Assembly (NCBI GenBank): GCA_041662245.1
Contig: JBAZSW010000005.1
Coordinates: 1-50,444 of the forward strand
DNA length: 50,444 nt
Direction: 5' to 3'
Origin: Parcubacteria group bacterium
GTDB taxonomy: Bacteria > Patescibacteriota > Minisyncoccia > Moranbacterales > UBA9337
In this document: positions 36,173-44,664 of the stretch, in pieces
Numbering within the stretch: the stretch's first letter is position 1
Layout: every line of letters starts with the position of its first letter
Program-made: the position numbers and the translations under genes
Notes under the pieces: model-generated
What the model was told of the DNA's origin: nothing
Database searches by the model: none
Seen by the model: the letters and a program-made list of their open reading frames with translations, nothing else

Positions 36173-37262
36173 ATGATTGAATTTAAAAAAAAACTGGAAG
36201 ATTTGAAAGATAAAATCCCGTCTTTACGGGAATGTCTTTGACGAGGAAAATAAAAAAAATAGAATTAAGGAGCTTGAAATTGAGATAAATCAAGAAAATT
36301 TTTGGAATGATCACGAAAAGGCTAGTTTGGCGATGCGAGAGCTGGAAGAACTTCGGAAAATTGTAGAAAAAATAAAAAAAAATTCTGAACAAATAGACTA
36401 TTTTTTAGAAATATTAGAGATAGTGGAAAATGATAAAGAGAAAGAAGATTTAAAAAAACAAATCTTATCTTTAGAGAAAGAATTTGAGGAACTGGAAATA
36501 ACAACATTGTTGGGAGAAAAATATGATAAGAATGATGTGATTATGTCTATTCATGCTGGAGCAGGCGGAGTGGATGCTCAAGATTGGTCGGAAATGTTGA
36601 TGAGAATGTATCTTCGTTATTCAAGCAGAAAAGAGTTTAGCACAAAGATAATAGATGAATCTCGAGGAGCAGAAGCGGGAATAAAAAGTGCTACTTTTGA
36701 AATAGAGGGATTATATGCTTATGGATTATTAAAGGGAGAGGCCGGAACTCATCGCTTGGTGCGATTATCTCCTTTTAATTCTGATAATTTGAGACAAACC
36801 TCTTTCGCTTTGGTTGAGGTTTTGCCAGTAATTGAAAGTTTAAAAGAAGTAGAAATAAAAAGTGATGATCTAAAAATAGATACTTTTAGATCTTCGGGAG
36901 CGGGGGGTCAGAGTGTTAATACTACCGATAGTGCGGTTCGGATAACTCATCTACCAACAAATACGGTGGCAACTTGTCAATCGGAACGATCCCAATTGCA
37001 AAATAGAGAAAGAGCTATGAAATTTCTGTTAGCTAAACTTCATAAAAAGTTTTTGGAAGAACAAGATTTAGAAAAGAAAAAACTCAGAGGAGAATATCAT
37101 AGTGCTGAGTGGGGGAATCAAATTCGTTCTTACGTGGTACATCCTTATAAGCTAGTTAAGGATCATCGCAGTGGTTTTGAGAGTACTAATCCAGAAGCGG
37201 TTTTAAATGGTGAGATTGATGAATTTATCGAGGCATTTTTACGGAGAAGTAAGAGTCTATAA
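36173..37262 (+). CDS. prfB: peptide chain release factor 2, needs a programmed +1 frameshift (join 36173..36238, 36240..37262)
   Basis: Frame 0 reads MIEFKKKLEDLKDKIPSLRECL then TGA at 36239. The +1 frame continues DEENKKNRIKELEIEINQENFWND... into track ORF 36327..37262. SPF and GGQ motifs are present. Confidence 0.9.
36236..36242 (+). promoter_or_regulatory. prfB autoregulatory +1 frameshift site CTT TGA C
   Basis: Exact match to the canonical CUU UGA C slippery/stop context. Confidence 0.9.
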
Positions 37263-37382
37263 TAAGTAGTTTAAAATTTTAAAAAATATTATAGGAGTTG
37301 GCATAAATTTTAAAAAGTAGTATAATTTAATTAAATAAAAATGTAGGTAAATCTTTATAAAATAAATTTTAACAAAAAAGAA

Positions 37383-38159
37383 ATGGAAAATAATAATCCT
37401 TACGTATCAGTAGTGATACCGACATATAATGAAGAAGTTCGAAAGGAAAAGATGAAGGAGCACCTAGAATCAATCGTAGAATATTTTAGTGATAAGGCCA
37501 TTGCTTATGAAATAATAATTGCGTTAGATGGTCCAACTGACAATACGCCTACATTGGCAAAGGAACATGCTGCTCGTTTAGCTAATATTAGGGTATTAGA
37601 TAGAAAAGAAAACAAAGGAAAGGGTTTTACTGTAAGAGAAGCAATGATGGAGGCTAAGGGTGAGATAATACTTTTTACTGATATGGACGGGGCTACTCCA
37701 ATAAAGATGTTGGATAGATTTTTGCCTAAATTTAAAGATGAAAATTTTGATATTGTAATCGGTTCGAGAGACAAAGATGAATCGGATGTTAAGGTGCATC
37801 AACCTATTTGGAAAGAATGGTTAGGCAATGCTGGAAATTTATTAATTCAATTTGTTGGAGGGCTATGGGGCATGAAAGATACTCAGTGTGGTTTTAAAGC
37901 ATTTACTCGAGAAGCTACTCGCGATATTATTCCTCGTACTACCGTTAATAGATGGGGGCTTGATTTTGAATTACTTATGATTGGCAAGAGATTGGGTTAT
38001 AAAATTGTAGAAGTTCCTGTAGAGTGGATTGACAGCGGAGACAGTTTAGTCGGAATAAGTGGATATATCAGTACTTTTAGAGATTTATTTAGCGTAAAAT
38101 GGAATATGATAAGAGGGGTTTATCAATTAGATAAAAAGGTAGAAGAGATGAAAAAATAA
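37383..38159 (+). CDS. GT2 polyprenol-phosphate glycosyltransferase (DPM1/dolichyl-phosphate glucosyltransferase-like)
   Basis: VSVVIPTYNEE, DGPTDNT, TDMDGATP and QCGFKAF blocks. Confidence 0.8.
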   Translation: MENNNPYVSVVIPTYNEEVRKEKMKEHLESIVEYFSDKAIAYEIIIALDGPTDNTPTLAKEHAARLANIRVLDRKENKGKGFTVREAMMEAKGEIILFTDMDGATPIKMLDRFLPKFKDENFDIVIGSRDKDESDVKVHQPIWKEWLGNAGNLLIQFVGGLWGMKDTQCGFKAFTREATRDIIPRTTVNRWGLDFELLMIGKRLGYKIVEVPVEWIDSGDSLVGISGYISTFRDLFSVKWNMIRGVYQLDKKVEEMKK

Positions 38160-38228
38160 CAAAAAATATGGCTAAAATATAAAATTTTGACAGGAGTGTC
38201 TTTGATTAAATAAAAACAAAAAATAAAA

Positions 38229-39332
38229 ATGCAAATAAACATTTCTCAAGAAGGAGAAACAATAAAAAAAGAATCTGAAGGTAAATTTGGCGAAGAACAG
38301 AAAATAACTCCTCAATCAGAATTGCGTCAGGATATAGTAACGGGGGATTGGGTGGTAATTGCTACAGGTCGAGCCAAGAGACCAGAGGATTTTACAAAAG
38401 CTGAGTATAGTACTCATAAAATAGGCAGTGAGAAAGATATTGATGACTGTTTTTTTTGTGATACCGTTAAAAGCGAGCAAGAAAAAGATGTTTTGATCTA
38501 TTCTAAAAGTGATGGAGATTGGTCTTTGCGAGTTTTTCCCAATAAATATCCAGCTTTTTCTCGAGGAAAAGTCCCCAAATCATTGGAAGAGGGTCCTTAT
38601 TTTGCGATGACAGGGACGGGTTATCATGAAATAATTGTTACTAAAGATCATTTTAAGCATCTTCCTGACTTGGAAGTTTTTGAGGTGGCAGAAGTAATTG
38701 ATGCTTTTCAAGATAGATATTTGGATTTGATGAGAAAAAAGAGTGTTAATTATATAACGATATTTCATAATTTTGGAAAAGAAGCAGGAGCTTCAATCGC
38801 CCATCCTCATTCTCAATTGATAGCCATCCCAGTTATATCTCCCTATATAAAACAAGAATTGGACGGCGCTGAATTATATTTTAAAAGTTTGAGAAAATGT
38901 GTTTATTGTGAAATGGCTGAATATGAAAGCAAACATAGCAGACGTGTAATATCTGAAAATGATGATTTTATAGCTTTTTGTCCTTTTGCTAGTCGGAGTG
39001 CTTTTGAGATTTGGATTATGCCCAAGAAACACAATCCTTATTTTGAAAGAATAACTGATGAAGAAAAAATAAAATTAGCGCAAGTTTTTAAAGATTCGTT
39101 GCAGGCAATTAAAGGAACAATCAACAACCCTCCTTATAATTTTTATATCCACACTTCTCCTTGTGATGGAAAGGATTATCGTCATTATCATTGGCATATC
39201 GAAATTTTACCTCATACTTCTACTTGGGCAGGTTTTGAGCTAGAAACAGGAATTGAAATCTCCATGATTCAACCAGAAATAGCAGCTAAGTCATTACAAA
39301 ATAATTTAAAAATAATTAATAACTCCAATTAA
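38229..39332 (+). CDS. galT: GalT-family HIT nucleotidyltransferase (galactose-1-phosphate uridylyltransferase / ADP-glucose phosphorylase-like)
   Basis: RQDIVTGDWVVIATGRAKRP, CFFC, VFPNKYPAF, GYHEIIV and AGASIAHPHSQL (HxHxQ). Confidence 0.75.
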   Translation: MQINISQEGETIKKESEGKFGEEQKITPQSELRQDIVTGDWVVIATGRAKRPEDFTKAEYSTHKIGSEKDIDDCFFCDTVKSEQEKDVLIYSKSDGDWSLRVFPNKYPAFSRGKVPKSLEEGPYFAMTGTGYHEIIVTKDHFKHLPDLEVFEVAEVIDAFQDRYLDLMRKKSVNYITIFHNFGKEAGASIAHPHSQLIAIPVISPYIKQELDGAELYFKSLRKCVYCEMAEYESKHSRRVISENDDFIAFCPFASRSAFEIWIMPKKHNPYFERITDEEKIKLAQVFKDSLQAIKGTINNPPYNFYIHTSPCDGKDYRHYHWHIEILPHTSTWAGFELETGIEISMIQPEIAAKSLQNNLKIINNSN

Positions 39333-39365
39333 ATAAGGTAAATTTAACGGAGATAACTAAAAAAT

Positions 39366-39809
39366 ATGAAAATACATAATGTGAAAGTGGATCTAGAGAG
39401 TAAAACCCAGATTGAATTTATGGATATTACCGATAAAGTTCATGAGATTGTAGATAATTCTGGAATCAGGGATGGACAGGTAACTATTTTTTGTCCACAT
39501 ACTACTATGGGTTTGGCCATCAATCATAATGAATCAATGTTGATGCAGGATTTTATGCGAGTGCTATATCGGCTAGTGCCAGTAGAAGATCATTATTCTC
39601 ACGATTTGTTTGAACTAAGAAATAATGCAGTGAGGTCAGATGGCAGAAGCAATGGACATTCGCATGCTAAATCAATTTTGTTGGGTGTCAGTGAGACTAT
39701 CCCTGTGACAAAAGGAAAAATGATGTTGGGAAATAGGCAAAATATTTTTGTGGTAGAATTCGACGGTGGACGAAAAAGAGATGTCTTGGTACAAGTGATT
39801 GGTGCTTAA
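39366..39809 (+). CDS. yjbQ: YjbQ/UPF0047 family protein (secondary thiamine-phosphate synthase fold)
   Basis: FMDITDKV...GIRDGQVTIFCPHTTMGLAINHNE...NGHSHAKS...LGNRQNIFVVEFDGGRKR. Confidence 0.8.
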   Translation: MKIHNVKVDLESKTQIEFMDITDKVHEIVDNSGIRDGQVTIFCPHTTMGLAINHNESMLMQDFMRVLYRLVPVEDHYSHDLFELRNNAVRSDGRSNGHSHAKSILLGVSETIPVTKGKMMLGNRQNIFVVEFDGGRKRDVLVQVIGA

Positions 39810-39830
39810 TTCAATTTAGGATATGTTGCT

Positions 39831-40457
39831 ATGAATAGATTAACTAATGATTTAATGAAAGATGGATATCTGAGGACAACTTCTATCATAGAAGCTTTTG
39901 CTAGCATTGATAGAATTAATTTTGTTTTGCCAGAATTAGAATTGGATGCCAATGCTGATGTCCCATTACCAATCGGATATGGTCAGACCATTTCTCAGCC
40001 GACGACGGTAGCGATAATGATGGAGCTTTTGGATCCTTGTCAAAATCAAAAAATATTGGATATTGGCAGTGGTTCAGGTTGGACCACAGCACTGCTGGCT
40101 TATATTGTAGGTGAGAAAGGCAAGGTTATCTCAATTGAAAGAATAAAAGAATTATCTGATTTTGGTAGAAAAAATATTCGTAAAATAAAAAAAATTGGCA
40201 AAGAGGTAGTGGAATCTTACAACATTGATGGAAGTCTTGGGTATGCTCCGAGAGCTCCTTATGATAGAATCTTAGTATCCGCTTCTGCCAGAGAAGTTCC
40301 GCAAGAATTAAGAGATCAATTAAAAATCGGAGGAAAATTAGTAATGCCTGTGCATAATTATCTTCATTATTTAGAGAAAAGAGGTGAAAATGATTTTTAT
40401 GAAGAAGAATATCCGGGGTTTTCTTTTGTTCCACTTATTAGTAGGGGGAGTCTTTAA
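39831..40457 (+). CDS. pcm: protein-L-isoaspartate O-methyltransferase
   Basis: GYGQTISQPTTVAIMMELL, ILDIGSGSGWTTALLA and DRILVSASA. Confidence 0.9.
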   Translation: MNRLTNDLMKDGYLRTTSIIEAFASIDRINFVLPELELDANADVPLPIGYGQTISQPTTVAIMMELLDPCQNQKILDIGSGSGWTTALLAYIVGEKGKVISIERIKELSDFGRKNIRKIKKIGKEVVESYNIDGSLGYAPRAPYDRILVSASAREVPQELRDQLKIGGKLVMPVHNYLHYLEKRGENDFYEEEYPGFSFVPLISRGSL

Positions 40458-40486
40458 AATAGATTGAGGTTTATTAAAAAATAATT

Positions 40487-40513
40487 TTAGCACTCTCATT
40501 AAGAGATTGCTAA
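40487..40513 (+). promoter_or_regulatory. CIRCE operator (HrcA binding site) upstream of dnaJ
   Basis: TTAGCACTC-N9-GATTGCTAA against consensus TTAGCACTC-N9-GAGTGCTAA, 1 mismatch. 56 nt before the dnaJ ATG. Confidence 0.8.
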
Positions 40514-40568
40514 TTTTTTTATTTTATGTTAAATTATTAGAGAAATTAAAAAATAAATTATTTATTGT

Positions 40569-41636
40569 ATGGCAGACTATTATAAAATATTGGGCATAGA
40601 AAAAGGGGCAAGCGAGGAGGAAATAAAAAAAGCTTATCGAAAATTGGCTCATCAGCATCATCCTGATAAAGAGGGAGGGGATGAGAATAAATTTAAAGAA
40701 ATAAATGAAGCTTATCAGGTTTTGTCTGATAAGACCAAGCGAGCTCAGTATGATCAATTTGGTCAAACTTTTGATGGTGCTGGTGGAGGCGGAGGTGGAT
40801 TTGGAGGCTTTGGGCAAGGAGGTTTTGGGGGATTTTCGGGAGCGAGTGGATGGGAAGATGTTTTTTCAGATATTTTTGGTGGAGGACGAGGTGGCTTTCA
40901 TCAAGAAGCAGGAAGAGATATTCAGGCTGATATTGAAATTACCTTTGCTGAGATGGTTAAAGGCGTAAGAAAAGAGATAAGATTATATAAAAGTGTAGTT
41001 TGTGACATTTGTAGAGGAAGCGGAGGAGCTCCTGATGCTAAAGAAGAGACTTGTGGGGATTGTCATGGAACTGGAAGGATAAGAAAATCAATTCGGACTA
41101 TCTTGGGTACTATTGCGCAAGAGGCTGTTTGTGAAAAATGTAGAGGGAAAGGAAAAATTTATTCTCAAAAATGTAAAAAATGTCAGGGGGAAGGAGTACA
41201 TAAGGATGAAAAAATTATTCCCATTGATATTCCTGCTGGGATAAGCAATGGTCAAACTATTTCGATTCGAGGTGAGGGAGAGGCAGGAAAGCAAGGTGCA
41301 CCAAGCGGTGATTTATTTATCAATGTGCATATTATTAGGCATAGCAAATTTACTAGAGATGAAGATAACAATATAGTTTCGGAAGAAACAATTTCATTCG
41401 CTCAAGCAACATTGGGAGATAAGATAGAAATAGACACAATCGATGGAAAAGTTTCTATGAAAATTCCTTCGGGAACTCAAAATGGAGAAATATTTAGAAT
41501 TAAGCATATGGGAGTACCATATCTGAGAAGCAATGGTCGAGGACATCATTTGGTAAAAATACGAGTGATGGTGCCGAAGAAATTAAGTCGGAGAGAAAAA
41601 GAATTAATTACTGAATTGAGGGAATTGGAAAGATAG
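40569..41636 (+). CDS. dnaJ: molecular chaperone DnaJ
   Basis: J domain with HPD, a G/F-rich linker, four CxxCxGxG zinc motifs and a C-terminal substrate domain. Confidence 0.95.
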   Translation: MADYYKILGIEKGASEEEIKKAYRKLAHQHHPDKEGGDENKFKEINEAYQVLSDKTKRAQYDQFGQTFDGAGGGGGGFGGFGQGGFGGFSGASGWEDVFSDIFGGGRGGFHQEAGRDIQADIEITFAEMVKGVRKEIRLYKSVVCDICRGSGGAPDAKEETCGDCHGTGRIRKSIRTILGTIAQEAVCEKCRGKGKIYSQKCKKCQGEGVHKDEKIIPIDIPAGISNGQTISIRGEGEAGKQGAPSGDLFINVHIIRHSKFTRDEDNNIVSEETISFAQATLGDKIEIDTIDGKVSMKIPSGTQNGEIFRIKHMGVPYLRSNGRGHHLVKIRVMVPKKLSRREKELITELRELER

Positions 41637-41750
41637 ATCACGCATATCAAAGTTTAAATTACAAATTTCCAATAAAATCCAAAATTCAATTTTTTGTATA
41701 TTGTATTATTTATTTGATATTGGAAATTGGAATTTTGAAATTTTAAATAT

Positions 41751-42146
41751 ATGTTTTGGAAAAATAAAAATAAAAAAAATATTGGAAATATAGGGGAGCA
41801 AGTAGCAGGAAAATATCTTAAGAAAAAAGGTTTCAAAATTATCCAATTTAATTATCAAAACCAAAAAGGAAAGAGATTAGGGGAGATTGATATTGTTGCT
41901 AAAAAAGATGATCAGATTGTTTTTGTAGAAGTTAAAACTAGGCTAACCAAAGTGGGGCAGATAATTTTACCGGAAGAAAATATTACTCGGGATAAACTGC
42001 ATAAGCTACAAAAAATTGCTCAAATTTATATTAAAGAAAATAATCTTTGGGAAAACTCTTATCGATTTGATGCGGTTAGTATTTTATTTGATGAAAAGGG
42101 TGAGGAGGTTATCGAAATGAAACATTTGGAGAGCATTTTTTATTAA
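41751..42146 (+). CDS. yraN: YraN-family (UPF0102) endonuclease-like protein
   Basis: IGEQVAGKYLKKKGFKII..N......GEIDIVAKKDDQIVFVEVKTR. Confidence 0.8.
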   Translation: MFWKNKNKKNIGNIGEQVAGKYLKKKGFKIIQFNYQNQKGKRLGEIDIVAKKDDQIVFVEVKTRLTKVGQIILPEENITRDKLHKLQKIAQIYIKENNLWENSYRFDAVSILFDEKGEEVIEMKHLESIFY

Positions 42147-42201
42147 AAAGTATCTATAAAAATTATCCCCCCGACTCTGTGAGCTGGGGGGCGACTGTTT
42201 C

Positions 42202-42591
42202 TTATTTTTGGATTATTCCTAAATAGAAACGAAAGGCAGTCAGATTTTTGTTTAAGATTCGAATGGTGTCTTCCATTTGGATGCTTTCAAAAATGGAGTC
42301 AAGATAACTTTTTAAGTAATGGCCAATCTTAGATTTGCGTGCTCTCGCATTTATAATATTTGAAGATAATTTTAATTCATTCTTTGTTTTTATTTGGAAT
42401 ATTAAATGCTCGATTATTTGAATTTCCAAAAATCTTATAGTTTCAATGGTTTCTTTTATCGAGTCAACCACTTCGTAATATTCTGAAAGATGTCGGGGAA
42501 GTGATTTTCTTTTTTTTATCTTCAACATGGGAAATTCCTCCTGTTGAGTTGAATTAATCTTAAGAACTGGGTGCCAATAGCCTATTTCCAT
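42202..42591 (-). CDS. hypothetical helical protein
   Basis: ORF only, no motif recognised. The start may be the internal Met of MLKIKKRK. Confidence 0.45.
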   Translation of the reverse strand: MEIGYWHPVLKINSTQQEEFPMLKIKKRKSLPRHLSEYYEVVDSIKETIETIRFLEIQIIEHLIFQIKTKNELKLSSNIINARARKSKIGHYLKSYLDSIFESIQMEDTIRILNKNLTAFRFYLGIIQK

Positions 42592-42621
42592 AATAATATA
42601 AAAAGAATTTTTTAGTCAAAT

Positions 42622-42651
42622 AAAAAACATCTCAGTTAAGAGATGTTTTTT
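42622..42651 (-). terminator. terminator after the RRM gene
   Basis: AAAAAACATCTC-agttaa-GAGATGTTTTTT, usable on both strands. Confidence 0.75.
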
Positions 42652-42668
42652 GAAGTTTCTAAAATAAA

Positions 42669-42962
42669 TTAGAATCTGTTTCCTCCTCTGAAACCACCGC
42701 GATCTTCTCGTGGTTGCATTGGACGAGCTTCGTTTACTGTTAGTTTTCTTCCTTCTAACTCTTGGCCATTGAACATATCAATAGCTTTTTGAGCTTCTTC
42801 ATCGGCAGACATTTCAACGAATCCAAAACCTTTGCTTCGACCAGTAGCTTTATCATTGATGATAACTGCTGATTCGACTGCTCCAGCTTGTGCGAAAAGT
42901 TGATTTAAATCTGCATCCTTAAGTGTATAAGGAAGATTTCCAACATATAATTTCTTTGCCAT
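42669..42962 (-). CDS. RRM-type RNA-binding protein
   Basis: RNP-2 LYVGNL and RNP-1 KGFGFVEM, with an RGG-like tail. Confidence 0.9.
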   Translation of the reverse strand: MAKKLYVGNLPYTLKDADLNQLFAQAGAVESAVIINDKATGRSKGFGFVEMSADEEAQKAIDMFNGQELEGRKLTVNEARPMQPREDRGGFRGGNRF

Positions 42963-43182
42963 ATTTGCTTTTAACTATTTATAAAATAAATTATAGATAG
43001 CTAATTTGTTGTATTTTACTATCTTGCTTCGACCGCGTACTAAACTCATTAATGAATTAAACGAAAAGATGCACGAACAAGTTGCTATTATTGTAGCAGA
43101 GAGGGGAGAATTATGCAATAAAATTGATGAATTATGAATTAAGAATTTGGGAATATGAGAATTTGGGAATTTAAAAAATACT

Positions 43183-43218
43183 GTCGTTGCGAAACGTTAC
43201 TCCGTCGTAGCAATCTAG
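43183..43218 (+). repeat. short dispersed-repeat variant (GTCGTTGCGAA...GTAGCAATCTAG)
   Basis: Same end architecture as the GTCAT...ATCTC family. Confidence 0.4.
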
Positions 43219-43265
43219 AATTTAATTTCTAATAACTTAATTTTCAATTTATGTACTGCAAGTGT

Positions 43266-43350
43266 GTCATTTCGACTCGACTCGCTAAAGCTACTGCGAA
43301 GCGGACTGGATAAATATTTGTACTCAAGTATTTAGCAGTGGAGAAATCTA
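43266..43350 (+). mobile_element. MITE-like dispersed element, copy A2
   Basis: GTCATTTCGACTCGACTCGC...TTTAGCAGTGGAGAAATCTA. The ends and internal ATAAAT..TACTCA..TTTAG blocks match A1. Confidence 0.6.
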
Positions 43351-43450
43351 TCGAGTTGTTAAAATTTATTAAAAAATATTTAAAAACCCCATTAAATAAG
43401 CTATAAATCGTAAATTTTGGGTTTAAAATAAATAGATTGTTTCAGGGGTA

Positions 43451-43479
43451 TTGACAAGATTTGGATAGTGTGCTATGTT
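43451..43479 (+). promoter_or_regulatory. consensus-like promoter of module 1: TTGACA, 17-nt spacer, TATGTT
   Basis: Read directly from the sequence. Confidence 0.6.
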
Positions 43480-43568
43480 CGAGTGTCGATAGGGGAGAGG
43501 GTTATTGTTGATGTCGATAATAAGCACATTCAAATTTAAAGGATTAAGGTATATTCAAACGAGGTAAG

Positions 43569-43650
43569 ATGTGATGGGAAAAATGAGTTTTTCTTGTCTC
43601 GCCATAGTTTTAACGAAGGCGGATGGATGAATTTATTTTTCCCATCGCAT
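43569..43650 (+). ncRNA. conserved long leader hairpin, module 1 (18-bp stem ATGTGATGGGAAAAATGA / TTATTTTTCCCATCGCAT)
   Basis: The two G-U pairs are valid only on the + strand. The paralogous hairpin at 44285..44343 has compensatory changes. Confidence 0.6.
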
Positions 43651-43735
43651 CCAGAATCGGAGCGACCCTCGGGAGTAACCCTAAAAGTCCCCAGCACGAA
43701 CGCTTGGGGAGAAAATTCCAAAAGGAGGAATTGCT

Positions 43736-43873
43736 ATGCACCAGAGAACAACGATGAGAAAAAATATTTTTTATTTCGCCATTGATGCCACCGGTCAGTT
43801 GGGCCCGTTCAACACCTTTATGATGAAAAAAATTCCTTCGATGCTACCGGTCCTGTCGCCCCCCTCGGCGTAG
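43736..43873 (+). CDS. candidate 45-codon GC-rich small ORF (module 1)
   Basis: SD AAAGGAGG lies 7 nt before the ATG. MHQRTTMRKNIFYFAIDATGQLGPFNTFMMKKIPSMLPVLSPPSA, TAG at 43871. The codon style is unlike the rest of the window, so it may be non-coding. Confidence 0.35.
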   Translation: MHQRTTMRKNIFYFAIDATGQLGPFNTFMMKKIPSMLPVLSPPSA

Positions 43874-44089
43874 CTACGGCCCCGTTTCTGTGCCCCCGAG
43901 AAGAGATTGAAATCTCGGGCGCACATTCATCGGCCTGATTGGATTACTGATTATATTCGCTGGACATTATTTCAGGACGCCTGAATAATGGTTGAAGGGG
44001 GATACATGAGGTAACTTACTCGGTATTTTTTACGAAGGTCCATCTGTCTCAGGTGGATATCGAAATTAAAAAATATCGGAAACACAATC

Positions 44090-44126
44090 AAAAAGGATAT
44101 TAACCTAACGGTTCAATATCCTTTTT
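44090..44126 (+). terminator. intrinsic terminator of module 1
   Basis: AAAAAGGATATT-aacctaacggttc-AATATCCTTTTT. Confidence 0.7.
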
Positions 44127-44209
44127 AATTTGATTAAAAATAAATAAAGAGTAGGCGAAACTTTGAATTTAAAATCTAAAAGGATTAGAGAAGTTTAATC
44201 GTGGACTAT

Positions 44210-44238
44210 TTGACAGCCAAATAACTTTTTGCTAATAT
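44210..44238 (+). promoter_or_regulatory. consensus-like promoter of module 2: TTGACA, 17-nt spacer, TAATAT
   Basis: Read directly from the sequence. Confidence 0.6.
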
Positions 44239-44284
44239 TAATTTAGTTATTTGAAAGAAAAAAGTTTAAAAATATTCGTGAGAA

Positions 44285-44343
44285 ATGTGACAGGGAAAAA
44301 TGATTTTTTTAGTAACGCAAAGAATTTATTTTCCTTGTCGCAT
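44285..44343 (+). ncRNA. conserved long leader hairpin, module 2 (ATGTGACAGGGAAAAATGA / TTTATTTTCCTTGTCGCAT)
   Basis: Same flanks as module 1 (ATGTGA...TCGCAT), with GATGGG/CCCATC replaced by GACAGGG/CCTTGTC. Confidence 0.6.
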
Positions 44344-44434
44344 TTGAGTCAGAGACATTTCTGATCATGACGATCAAGGGTGGAAGTATAACCGATTTTT
44401 TTTGTTGTAACCTTCGCAAAAGGAGATCACCGTT

Positions 44435-44593
44435 ATGAAACACTCATTCCCACCCACCCACCATTCAGCAATCGTGTATATCCAGGTTGAAACCCCGATC
44501 GCTGCCGGCGCAACCAACATGGAAGCGTGTGCCCTGGCCCCCACTGATGCCGTCAAGATTACCGCTCCCTTGCAGACTGGCCTGCTGATCTGA
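44435..44593 (+). CDS. candidate 52-codon GC-rich small ORF (module 2)
   Basis: SD AAAAGGAGA lies 9 nt before the ATG. MKHSFPPTHHSAIVYIQVETPIAAGATNMEACALAPTDAVKITAPLQTGLLI, TGA at 44591. GC-rich codons are atypical for this window. Confidence 0.35.
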   Translation: MKHSFPPTHHSAIVYIQVETPIAAGATNMEACALAPTDAVKITAPLQTGLLI

Positions 44594-44664
44594 TACCGTG
44601 CCGTGTAAATGTTTTTGACTTTTTTTAACTGGTATATTTTTTATACCGTATCTTTGCAGAGGAT

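Noticed and set aside
36183-36507. Minus-strand ORFs 36183..36392 and 36322..36507 upstream of the prfB body.
   Set aside because: The region is explained by the frame-0 leader and +1 continuation of prfB.
43536-43785. Track ORFs 43594..43785 (+) and 43536..43721 (-), and likewise 44374..44556 (-) and 44465..44674 (-).
   Set aside because: They have no SD and overlap the conserved hairpin and leader. They are open mainly because the local sequence is GC-rich. The + strand promoters and terminators fit the sORF/RNA reading better.
43440-44130. The GC-rich region could be tmRNA, RNase P RNA or SRP RNA.
   Set aside because: I looked for GGGG...TTCGAC with a 3' T-arm/ACCA and a tag ORF (tmRNA), for GAGGAAAGTCC and ACAGAAnCCGGCTTA (RNase P), and for AGGTCCGGAAGGAAGCAGC (SRP). 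None is present. The paralogous second module also argues against a single-copy housekeeping RNA.
44350-44410. GGGTGGAAGTATAACCG followed by a T-run looked like a T-box antiterminator.
   Set aside because: It matches only the GGGTGG core of the T-box sequence. There is no specifier loop or AGAGA elements, no convincing terminator helix, and the downstream ORF is not an aminoacyl-tRNA or amino-acid gene.
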